From contig CAVRUC010000009.1 in assembly GCA_963724295.1 (NCBI GenBank), forward strand, positions 224,001 through 288,000: 64,000 nucleotides of DNA, written 5' to 3'. The notes beneath the pieces are model-generated. The model was not told where the DNA came from. It did no database searches and saw nothing but the letters and a program-made list of their open reading frames with translations. The position numbers and the translations under genes were made by a program. Shown in pieces: positions 21,201 to 29,758 of the stretch; positions within the stretch are counted from its first letter, which is position 1; each line of letters opens with the position of its first letter. The DNA is from an uncultured Chloroflexia bacterium. Lineage in GTDB: Bacteria > Chloroflexota > Chloroflexia > Thermomicrobiales > UBA6265.

Positions 21201-21728
21201 GGCGAGAACGTCATCGCCGTGCGACTCACCGTCACCAAGCCCACCGATGGTCTGCTCGATCTGGTCAAGCTCGTCGGCGATTTCGCCGTCGAGCGCGTCG
21301 ATGGTACGGAACGCATCAGTGCGCCCCGATCGACGTTGCAACCTGCGTCATGGGTCGAGCAGGGGTACCCCTACTACTCTGGTCGCGGTCTCTATCGACT
21401 TCGCTTCGAGCTGCCAGCCAATTTCGCAGACCAACGCGTCTTCCTCGAGCCTGAGATGAAGGATGACACCGTCGAAGTGCTGATCAATGGCCAGCGCGCC
21501 GGCGTCCGCCTCTGGGAGCCGTACCAGGTAGAGCTCACTGACCATCTCGAGCCGGGCGACAACACTCTGGAGCTGCGGATAGCCAACACCCCTATCAACC
21601 TGCTGGAAGCCGTTCCCCGGCCATCCGGACTGGCTGGTCCCCCGCGCCTGGTTCCCTACCGGCCGGTCAGGTTTGCGGTTTCCGGCCAGCAGTTCGGCGT
21701 GACGCCCTCGGCCCAACCCTCACCCTAG
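18290..21728 (+). CDS. Large GH106 (alpha-L-rhamnosidase)-like glycoside hydrolase with C-terminal GH2-type sugar-binding domains; apparent frameshift near 20655
   Basis: PFWFLNG, WIYDEMNWPSG, FYTDEP and CESFGG motifs in 18290..20872; alternative frame TRIVETNIVV... joins 20724..21728 with YPYYSGRGLY and NTLELRIAN motifs. Confidence 0.75.
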
Positions 21729-21846
21729 ACGCGGAGAGAGGAGGACGCGCGGCTACCGGGGATCGGGGCCGAATCCACCTGCTTTTTCCGCCAACTGCTC
21801 AAACAGACGTGTCTGGGCAGTACGTCGGCCTGGTTCATTACCGTCG

Positions 21847-24042
21847 CTAGACCAGCAAGCCCGTCTCTTCGAACTCTTGGAGACGCAGCGCTGGCAAGAA
21901 CTCTTTATTGTTATAGAGCTGTTTCAATGACGTGAGATCGATCGCTTTGAGCCGGTTCGCCGGGATGTCGTCGCCCTCACCCTCCTTCCACGCGCTGATC
22001 CACAGCGATGCCAGGACATGGCATCCGGCGGCGATGCAGGTCACCGTGCGGTCGCCGAGCACTTCCCACATGTGCGGAATTCGCGCGGCACCCGTGGCGC
22101 CGTTGAACGCCTCGATTACGTCCATGGGCGGAAGCGTAGTGATGGTCTGGCGCAGCAAATCGACCACGGCCACCGCGGCGCCATGACCACCGCACACCTC
22201 GCCGCTGGCCGTCTGTCCCTCCAACGTCGCCAAAACGCCCGCGATGAGCTCTGCCGCGCGCCGTTCGATCATGCTCGTCTCGTAGACGCTGTGAACCCGT
22301 TCCTCTTCGGGATGACCCGGACGTCCATGATGCAAGAAGGAGGCGTGCAGGGGTTGGCAGGCGTCGCCGACATAATGGGCCATGATCCCGCCGGCACATA
22401 AGAACCGCGCTACATCTCTCTCACGCGCGAACCCCACCATGTCCTGGTAGATCTGCCAGATGCGGAATGGCAATGCGCCCCGTTTCGTCCCAATATCCAG
22501 GCTGTCGTAGAAGCGGTTCCAGCGGGCCACGGTGACGTTCGCGTCGTTCTCACAGAGCTCGAGGAGCGTGGTGCCCGCGAACTCTCCTCTCCCCTCTTCA
22601 TCCATGTCCGCGAAGTGATTGCCACTGTCTTTCGGCCGGGACGCCCGCCAGACGAGATCGGCCACATTGGCAAGTGGTACGAAGCCTTCCGGGTCCAGCG
22701 CCGGCAATTGGCCGGAACCAAGTGATTCGCGAGAAAGGGCAATGCGATCACGATTGCGGTCGATCAGCGTACGCAGCTTGCCCTCCGGAACCAGATCACA
22801 GGCCAGCGCGCCGACGGTGTAATGCCCGACAGTTCCCCAGTACTCGGCAAGGCCGATATTCCAATCACGAATCAGTTCGACGTCGAGCTCGCGGCTGATG
22901 GTGCTGACATAGGTTGCCAGAGCGAAGCGAAGCTCGGTCTCCGTCGCTGAATCCAGGAGGCGATGTCCTCCCCACTGGAGAGCGATCGGCCGCAGGCGTG
23001 GCGCGCGGAGTCCGGATTGCCGTTGCTCGTCTTTCTCCGGGTCGAAAAACCACAGCGTGCCTGAATCACCGGGGCGAGTCGTGAGCGGCGGTCCATCTTC
23101 GCGCCCGCCGATGAGCACATCAGCCTCGTAGTCGACGCCACCGATGGAGCGGTAGCGATAGAAGAGCGCCTGGACGCGTCCTGACAATTGTCCCGATGCA
23201 CAGCCAAAGGCGCGCACGTGACTACCGATAAGATCGAGCGAAAGCGTGCTCGTGTTGAGATCGATCGGCGGACCGATCTCGCCGATGCCAAAGACCTGCG
23301 CTGTCCAGTCCGCCAGATCGTCCACCCGGATCAAGCCGGCGTCGAGATTTGCAAAGGCTCGTGTGTCGGGCCACCCTGGATACGCCTTTGCAAAGGGCAG
23401 TTTCCCGATCTGCTTCTCATCCGAGACACCGATTTGGACTCGCTCACCACGAAGCATGGAATAGATCGGGCGTCCAGCTGGGCCAGTAACATGGCGGTTG
23501 GTGAGAGCGTAGATGGCGTCTCCATCGGTCACGAGACACCCGATCGAGCCAATGTGTTCTCGGCCTTGGGAATCGGTGAGCACCGGGAAGCCGCCGCCAA
23601 TGAGTTCACTGGGAAACGTGACTCCGGGGAGCGCGGGGAGCGCTTGTTCCTGCTCCTCGACCAGGACGACGCAGGTTGGCACGATCCGGCCATCCGGCAT
23701 ATAGAGGAAGCTCGGGACGACGTCGTCCGGCCGGTCGCGCCACTCCTCAGGGCTCATCCAGTGATCGACGAAGACGAGCACACACGGCCACGACCAGCGC
23801 GTGATGGTCGAGTTCTGCAATGTGCGCGCCCGCGAAGCTCGGCGTGTTCCGTCCACCGCCGGGGCCGTCTCGTTCGGGTTGCGCGCGTCTGGGTCAGAGT
23901 TGCGGATCCAGAATCGGCCGATTGCGGTCGCGACGACGTGTTCCATGTGCGCAAGGTGCACGTGGTACGCATTGCGCGCCTCGAGCAGGTCGAGTACTGA
24001 CAGGGAACTGAAGTCGCGCTCAGGATTTAGCGGATCAGCCAC
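21847..24042 (-). CDS. Nal1/trypsin-like serine protease fused to a C-terminal S1/P1 nuclease (zinc phospholipase C fold) domain
   Basis: Triad motifs LTNRHV, NLDAG and PGDSGT; then WGTVGH, ANVAD, NHFAD, HYVGDACQPLH and VHSVYE; GTG start at 24042 with AAGGA RBS (ORF open to 24153). Confidence 0.8.
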   Translation of the reverse strand: MADPLNPERDFSSLSVLDLLEARNAYHVHLAHMEHVVATAIGRFWIRNSDPDARNPNETAPAVDGTRRASRARTLQNSTITRWSWPCVLVFVDHWMSPEEWRDRPDDVVPSFLYMPDGRIVPTCVVLVEEQEQALPALPGVTFPSELIGGGFPVLTDSQGREHIGSIGCLVTDGDAIYALTNRHVTGPAGRPIYSMLRGERVQIGVSDEKQIGKLPFAKAYPGWPDTRAFANLDAGLIRVDDLADWTAQVFGIGEIGPPIDLNTSTLSLDLIGSHVRAFGCASGQLSGRVQALFYRYRSIGGVDYEADVLIGGREDGPPLTTRPGDSGTLWFFDPEKDEQRQSGLRAPRLRPIALQWGGHRLLDSATETELRFALATYVSTISRELDVELIRDWNIGLAEYWGTVGHYTVGALACDLVPEGKLRTLIDRNRDRIALSRESLGSGQLPALDPEGFVPLANVADLVWRASRPKDSGNHFADMDEEGRGEFAGTTLLELCENDANVTVARWNRFYDSLDIGTKRGALPFRIWQIYQDMVGFARERDVARFLCAGGIMAHYVGDACQPLHASFLHHGRPGHPEEERVHSVYETSMIERRAAELIAGVLATLEGQTASGEVCGGHGAAVAVVDLLRQTITTLPPMDVIEAFNGATGAARIPHMWEVLGDRTVTCIAAGCHVLASLWISAWKEGEGDDIPANRLKAIDLTSLKQLYNNKEFLPALRLQEFEETGLLV

Positions 24043-24230
24043 CGGAATTGTCCTTGCCTTGATCGTGCTAGATGCCACCGCGGTGAAACGCGAAATGTGG
24101 TCAGGGTAGTGAAGGAGCAACCATGATGACCCTGCCGGACGACGAAGTTCCAATGCTAGTGAACTCCCTTTTTCAGCTGTATAAAGTGATGATGCCAGAG
24201 TGTAGCAGATGATGTCTACAAGTCTACTGG

Positions 24231-25118
24231 TTAGGAGAGAAGATAGAGCGGGTTCTGCGCACCTGCTTCCTCTGATCGTCGCTCACGGGAATCTCGACCG
24301 AGGGCGACCGTCATTGGTGCACGTCTCAAGCGAAACGACTCGTCAGGCCGGTAGTGTTGCATCCACGGGTACCGTTCTCCCCACTCGTCGAAAGCCTCGT
24401 CGCAGCCGGCCTGGCGACCGAGTCGATCGATGATCGCGAGCAGCCGCTGCTGCGTCGCCGCGTCGGCGCTGGCGAGAATGGTGTCGATGAGCGCCAGCAG
24501 CTCGTCAGCCGGAAGCGGGAAGGATTGCAGCGGACGCGCCTCCAGCTCGCGCGCCAGGTAGCCGTAGTACGGCCGGTGTCGCCCCTCCAGAGCGAAGATG
24601 ACTGTCAGCGCGTGCCCGATCGCATCCGCGGCTTCCAACCGCGCTCCCAGATCGTTCCCGTTGCTCAGACATTTCAGCGAGCGATACAGACTGTTGGTGT
24701 ACGCGCCCAGGGCCGTGCGGACGACGGCCAGGCGATGCTCTTCCGGGATGACCCCCTTCTCGTCGACGAGCTGTTGCACCTGACCGGTCTTGTCGACGAG
24801 CACTGAAACGTCGGCGAAGCTGTACCGCTCGTTGCAAAAGGTTTCCCACCCCAGCGGGTCGCCCCACGTGGCGGCGAAGGGCTCCAGCTCCGCTAGCGAC
24901 ATCACCCACCAATCGAGCCCCGCCCACGCCTCACGCTCAGAGAACCGGGCGCGGTATTCCTCGAGAGCCTCCGGGCGCACAACCAGCAGCACGTCGAAGT
25001 CCGACGCTTCGCCGCCAAATCCTTTGCCTCGCGAACCCGTCAGGACCAGCCCGACGATCTGTGGATCCTCGCGCGCTTCTCGGAGGAGGTTCTGGAACCG
25101 TCCCTCGGCCGTGGCCAT
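24231..25118 (-). CDS. Pol-beta superfamily nucleotidyltransferase domain protein
   Basis: LVLTGSRGKG...SDFDVLLVV signature; helical C-terminal domain. Confidence 0.8.
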   Translation of the reverse strand: MATAEGRFQNLLREAREDPQIVGLVLTGSRGKGFGGEASDFDVLLVVRPEALEEYRARFSEREAWAGLDWWVMSLAELEPFAATWGDPLGWETFCNERYSFADVSVLVDKTGQVQQLVDEKGVIPEEHRLAVVRTALGAYTNSLYRSLKCLSNGNDLGARLEAADAIGHALTVIFALEGRHRPYYGYLARELEARPLQSFPLPADELLALIDTILASADAATQQRLLAIIDRLGRQAGCDEAFDEWGERYPWMQHYRPDESFRLRRAPMTVALGRDSRERRSEEAGAQNPLYLLS

Positions 25119-25491
25119 TCTTGCTACCTGCGGTGACAGGCGTAGGACCATAGCCACAACAGCTGGCCATTGCGCCCGCGTCAGAACCTGGGAGAAGTTC
25201 GCTCGGCGTCAGGCGCGAGTATCTCAAGAATCGTGCAACGTCGGCCGCATTCCCTGATCGCGGCAACCGGTAGAGCTCGTGGCCGACGCTTGTTGCCCGA
25301 CTCCCTTGGTTTACCGCCTCCGGCGTCAGCGGTCGGCGAGTCTGCCCGCCGCCCAAGAGGAGAAGAGTCCCGCGCAAGACGGTCACACAGGCAGTATTGA
25401 CATGCATTGCAATATGATCCTTAAATGAAACCATCATAACGTTCGAGTGTAGTCAGTCGGCGCGGCCGCTGACTCCTGAAGGGAGTGGTCC

Positions 25492-25974
25492 ATGCAGCAC
25501 CTGTACACCGTCGAGGCCGGCGACACACTGCGGTCCATTGCTCAGCGGTTCTATGGCGACGAGAACCAATGGCGCCGCATCTTCAACGCCAACCGGGACC
25601 AGATCTCCAACCCCGACCAGATTTCCGTGGGGTGGGTGCTGACCATCCCGGGCTTTCGTCCGTACGCCGTCAAGGCCGGTGACACGCTGAGATCCATCGC
25701 CCAGGGCTTCTACGGCGACGAAAATCAATGGCCGCGCATCTTCAACGCTAACCGGGATCAGATCAATGATCCCGACGTGATTTCCGTGGGGTGGATCCTG
25801 CGCATTCCGACGGACTTCCTGTACACCGTCGTGGCTGGCGACACGCTGCGATCCATCGCTCAGCAGATCTACGGCGACGAGAGCCAGTGGCAGCGCATCT
25901 TCGACGAAAACCGGGACCAGATCTCAAATCCCGACGTGATTACGGCCGGGCAGGTGCTAATTATTCCACTGTAG
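25492..25974 (+). CDS. Protein of three tandem LysM domains
   Basis: Three copies of [49 protein letters not shown]; GGGAG RBS. Confidence 0.92.
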   Translation: MQHLYTVEAGDTLRSIAQRFYGDENQWRRIFNANRDQISNPDQISVGWVLTIPGFRPYAVKAGDTLRSIAQGFYGDENQWPRIFNANRDQINDPDVISVGWILRIPTDFLYTVVAGDTLRSIAQQIYGDESQWQRIFDENRDQISNPDVITAGQVLIIPL

Positions 25975-26013
25975 AAAAGCAGCTGGGTGGCGTTGAAGGG
26001 CTGAAGCTCTATG

Positions 26014-26047
26014 AGAAGCCGGCCAGGTTGATTCCCGGCCGGCTTCT
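26014..26047. terminator. Hairpin between convergent genes
   Basis: AGAAGCCGGCC / GGCCGGCTTCT 11-bp stem. Confidence 0.6.
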
Positions 26048-26117
26048 ATTCCGAGGGTTGTCGCAAGCCATGCAGTGCGCCGAAAACGAAGCGTGACGGA
26101 TGCCTACGTCGATCGCT

Positions 26118-27063
26118 TCACGCGGCCGCGTCGAGCAGCGGCGCGCTTCCCTGGTTGCGCTGGGTGCGCAGGCGGCGCCAGAGATGAACGACGATCGCCC
26201 CCGCCCCGAAGAGCCCGGCCAGCGCGATGACGATCCCTCCCACGATCGGGAATCAGCCCGATGACCTGGAAAATGACGACGCCGAGCACGGCCTCCAAAT
26301 AGGGGTGGGCGAGATCAGGCCTCGTGTGACGGAGATCGGCGACGAAGAACCCGAGCCGTGTTCCCGTCGTCACGTACCCGAGACCCCATAGGAGCGGCAA
26401 AACAACCAACAGCAGGGTGATGCCGATCGGAATGCCAATCACCGTGAAAAACGCCACGATGGCGCCGATCGGAGCCACGATCCAGAAGATCACCGCGGCC
26501 GCGGCCGCCAGCCCCGGCCGCGCGCCGAGCAGGCCGGCGACGTCCGCCAGCTGGCGCCCCCCGATCGCGGCCCATCCCAGCGCCACGACGACAAAGAGCA
26601 GCGTCATTCCCAGCCAGGCAACAAAGGAGACTGCCGCCGTGACCCGCCTCAGCTCGGCGCCCATCGCCGCTCCACTTCGTTCCACGACCTCGCCGGCGAT
26701 CACCGCACCATCGGCTTGATTCAGCTGGCCATTGATCAGCACGACGTCGCCATCAATGCGCGCCGTCGACTCGAGACGAAGCGTGCCGTTGACGACGATC
26801 GCATCCCGGCCGACATCGCCGGAGACCGTCGCCGTCTGATTGACGACCACGAGCGTGTCACGCACCTCGCCCGCCACTTGGGCATCGCTGTTGACGGCAA
26901 CCAACGTGTCGACGCTCTCACCGGCCGCCAGCTCAACCGTGCCGTTAACACGGACATAAACGTCGTCCTTGTTCTCCTGTGCCAGTACTCTCCCAGGCGC
27001 CAGGAGTAGCGCCAGCGCCGCCGCGACAAGCGCCATGAGCGTGACGTGGCTACGGGGGATCAT
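26118..27063 (-). CDS. Membrane protein with bactofilin-like (polymer-forming) beta-helical N-terminal repeats; apparent frameshift near 26248
   Basis: Signal peptide; repeated VxGxV/DxxVVN units; C-terminal TM helices TVIGIPIG; shifted frame continues IVGGIVIALAGLFGAGAIV to a stop at 26118. Confidence 0.7.
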
Positions 27064-27315
27064 GTGGCCACCGTTCCTTTCATCGGGCACAGCGGTGCCT
27101 GGCCGCGACTCTCGGTATTCTCAGATGCACACGCTCATTATCACCCGAGGAATTCTGCTCAGCGCCATGGCGCGGGGACGTGAAGCGGCGCTATCGAACC
27201 CAGAGGCTCTGCCAGGGCGGGCTGGTGGGTCTTGTCGGCGCACCGTCTTGGCAAACCCGACCGCTCCCGCTACGCTCTGTCCGAACAGACGTTCGGTGTA
27301 CGGACGGAGGGAAGC

Positions 27316-27987
27316 GTGGGCGAGTGGCTGCCCGTCGAATCGACGGGCCATCGTGCATATCTTGCCGTGCCGGATCGTGGGTCCGGTCCCGGCGTGCTGG
27401 TCCTGCACGCCTGGTGGGGGCTGACGCCGGTCTTCACCGAGGTGTGCGACCGATTGGCGGCGGCAGGTTTCGTGGCGCTGGCGCCGGGTCTGTTCCCCGA
27501 CGAGGCGACGGCCGCGACCATCGCCGAGGCCGAGGCGTTGCTCGGTGCGCTCGATGAGGCGGCCGTGGCGGAGCCGGTCGTGCAGGCCGCGACCGACCAG
27601 CTGCTCGGATTGCCGGTGGTGACCGGAGGATCGATCGCGGTAATCGGCTTCTCGCTCGGCGCCTACTGGGCGCTGCATCTGTCGCAGGCGCGGCCGGACG
27701 ACATCGGCGCGGTTGTCGTCTTCTACGGCACGGATGACGGCGATTACAGCACCGCGCGGGCCGCCTTCCTCGGTCACTTCGCCGAGCATGATGACTACGA
27801 GCCGCAAGAGGCCGTGCGCTCGTTGGAGGAGAGGATCCGCGCCGCGGGGCGCGATGTGACCTTCCACGTCTATCCCGGCACCGGCCACTGGTTCTTCGAA
27901 CCAGACCAGCCGCAGGCCTACGACGCCAGGGCAGCGGAGTTGGCCTGGGTGCGTACGCTGGACTTTCTGAAGGCGCAACAGACCTGA
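27316..27987 (+). CDS. Dienelactone hydrolase family protein
   Basis: VLVLHAWWGL, GFSLG nucleophile elbow, YPGTGHWF. Confidence 0.92.
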   Translation: MGEWLPVESTGHRAYLAVPDRGSGPGVLVLHAWWGLTPVFTEVCDRLAAAGFVALAPGLFPDEATAATIAEAEALLGALDEAAVAEPVVQAATDQLLGLPVVTGGSIAVIGFSLGAYWALHLSQARPDDIGAVVVFYGTDDGDYSTARAAFLGHFAEHDDYEPQEAVRSLEERIRAAGRDVTFHVYPGTGHWFFEPDQPQAYDARAAELAWVRTLDFLKAQQT

Positions 27988-27991
27988 CCGG

Positions 27992-28471
27992 CTAGGAGTT
28001 CAGCAACTCATAATCCCAGAGCCCGTGATCGACCTCGGGCAAGTTGGGCACCCCTAGGCGTTCCAGGATATGCAGCGCCTCGGTGCGATGCTCCGCATTG
28101 TGCAGCACGACGTGGAGGATCGTGCCGCCGAACGACTTGCGCGCGTCGTAGTGATCGATGTAGGTGTCCTCCAGGCGCTGCTCGTCGCGAAACTGGCGAG
28201 CGAGGGAGGCGAAGCCTGCGTAGGAGCGCTCGTGGCGGGCGATCAGCGCGGTCACTGAGCGGTCGTCTCGCTGCTCGTCGACCGGCTGCTCGGTCATCAA
28301 TGCGGTCCAGAATGCGATGTTGACGATCACATGCTCGAAGGTGTCGCGCAATGTCCGGTGACCGATATCGAATTCCTGATCGAGCTGTGCATCGGTCAGA
28401 CCGCGGCTCAGGTCCAGGAGCTGGGCCGTGGCCCAGTGGTCGTGCTCCAACAGCCGATCGAGCAGATCCAT
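27992..28471 (-). CDS. DinB family protein
   Basis: HDHWATAQLL, TFEHV and HVVLHNAEHR His motifs. Confidence 0.88.
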   Translation of the reverse strand: MDLLDRLLEHDHWATAQLLDLSRGLTDAQLDQEFDIGHRTLRDTFEHVIVNIAFWTALMTEQPVDEQRDDRSVTALIARHERSYAGFASLARQFRDEQRLEDTYIDHYDARKSFGGTILHVVLHNAEHRTEALHILERLGVPNLPEVDHGLWDYELLNS

Positions 28472-28582
28472 CCGATGCTCTCCATAGTCAATGCCGGCCT
28501 CAGGGGATCGACGTCCATCCATGGTAGAAGGTAATGCGGACATCGCTCGTCCTGAAAGGGATCTCCGCCGCGGTTGCCAGCG

Positions 28583-28717
28583 TTACGGCGCGGATTTCAG
28601 CGGCACCCCGTCCAGAAGTGCCACGAAGTCTTTCAGCGAACTCGACTTGGCCGGCCGGCGGCGGTGTTTCCGCTGCCATGCCTGAGCGTTCGGACGCGCC
28701 ACGGCGATGCGAGACAC
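28583..28717 (-). CDS. Candidate 44-aa basic small protein
   Basis: AAGGAG 4 nt before GTG; MSRIAVARPNAQAWQRKHRRRPAKSSSLKDFVALLDGVPLKSAP; fills the gap between co-oriented genes. Confidence 0.4.
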   Translation of the reverse strand: MSRIAVARPNAQAWQRKHRRRPAKSSSLKDFVALLDGVPLKSAP

Positions 28718-28748
28718 CCAGCTCCTTGAGGCGCCACGACTCCGCGTT

Positions 28749-29036
28749 CTACACCTCGGCAGCGTCGCGACCCACCATTGAGGGCCGGGATTCCGGCGCG
28801 GAATTGGCCGCGCTCGACGTGGCTGGCGGTGGTTCAGGGGTGCTCTCCGCCAGCGTGCGTGCGCCCTGACCGTAGCGCATCGGCGCCATCCCGAACAGCA
28901 CCATCGCCGTGATCAGGAGCAGGATGGCCACTAACGTTCTCTGCATCGTGCCGTCGCCGGTGACCAGGAGCACCAAACCGAGCACGAGCGGGACCGCGGC
29001 GGCGATCCACCATCTGCGGGGCGTTCCAAGAAACAT
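28749..29036 (-). CDS. Small hypothetical two-TM membrane protein
   Basis: Two hydrophobic segments; AAAGGA RBS. Confidence 0.65.
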   Translation of the reverse strand: MFLGTPRRWWIAAAVPLVLGLVLLVTGDGTMQRTLVAILLLITAMVLFGMAPMRYGQGARTLAESTPEPPPATSSAANSAPESRPSMVGRDAAEV

Positions 29037-29224
29037 CCTGGTTTCCTTTCTGCGATGAAGCCGTCCGGAATATCCTCCCTGGCTCGGTAGCGTCGGAGCC
29101 GCGGGAAGCTACCGCGACCGCGGACAGAAGCCGCGTTGGCGACCTCGATGATACCGCTCCGCTGGGCAGCAGCACGACGTCACCGGCTGACCAGTGAGGA
29201 CGCCCCCCATGCTACCGTTCGACC

Positions 29225-29704
29225 ATGAGCGCGACTCACATCCAACGCCACATCCACGCGCCCCGCGCCGCCGTCTATCGCGCGTTGCTCGATGCCGAGG
29301 CGGTCGCGAGCTGGATGGTCCCGACCGGCATGACCAGCCAGGTGCATGCCTTCGACCCTCGCGAAGGCGGTGCGTTCCGGATCTCGCTCACGTACGACGA
29401 ACCGACCGGGACCGGCAAGACGACCGCGCACACCGACACCTACCACGGCCGCTTCGTCAAGCTCGTGCCGGACGAGCAGGTGGTCGAGATGGTCGAGTTC
29501 GAGACCGAAGACCCCGCGCTGCAAGGCGAGATGACGATCACCTTTGCGCTCGCCGATGCCGGCGGCGGCACCGAGGTCGTGGCCGTGCACGATGGGCTGC
29601 CACCCGGTCTGTCGGCCACCGACAACGAGACCGGCTGGCGGATGTCGCTGGCCAACCTCGCGGCACTCGTCGAGGCGGGAGACCCCGCACGACCGAACCA
29701 CTGA
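29225..29704 (+). CDS. SRPBCC/AHSA1 (START-like) domain protein
   Basis: APRAAVYRALLD, FDPREGG and NETGWRMSLANL. Confidence 0.9.
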   Translation: MSATHIQRHIHAPRAAVYRALLDAEAVASWMVPTGMTSQVHAFDPREGGAFRISLTYDEPTGTGKTTAHTDTYHGRFVKLVPDEQVVEMVEFETEDPALQGEMTITFALADAGGGTEVVAVHDGLPPGLSATDNETGWRMSLANLAALVEAGDPARPNH

Positions 29705-29758
29705 CCGAGCCCCACTACCCCGTACGCGGCAGACTGGAAAAGCAAGTGAGCACCGTCG

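Noticed and set aside
25200..25480. Possible c-di-AMP or other riboswitch upstream of the LysM gene
   Set aside because: Conserved ydaO-type sequence blocks could not be found by eye; an Infernal/Rfam scan would be needed
25500..25970. Regularly spaced DNA repeats resembling a CRISPR array
   Set aside because: They are the coding repeats of three LysM domains; no unique spacers and no cas genes
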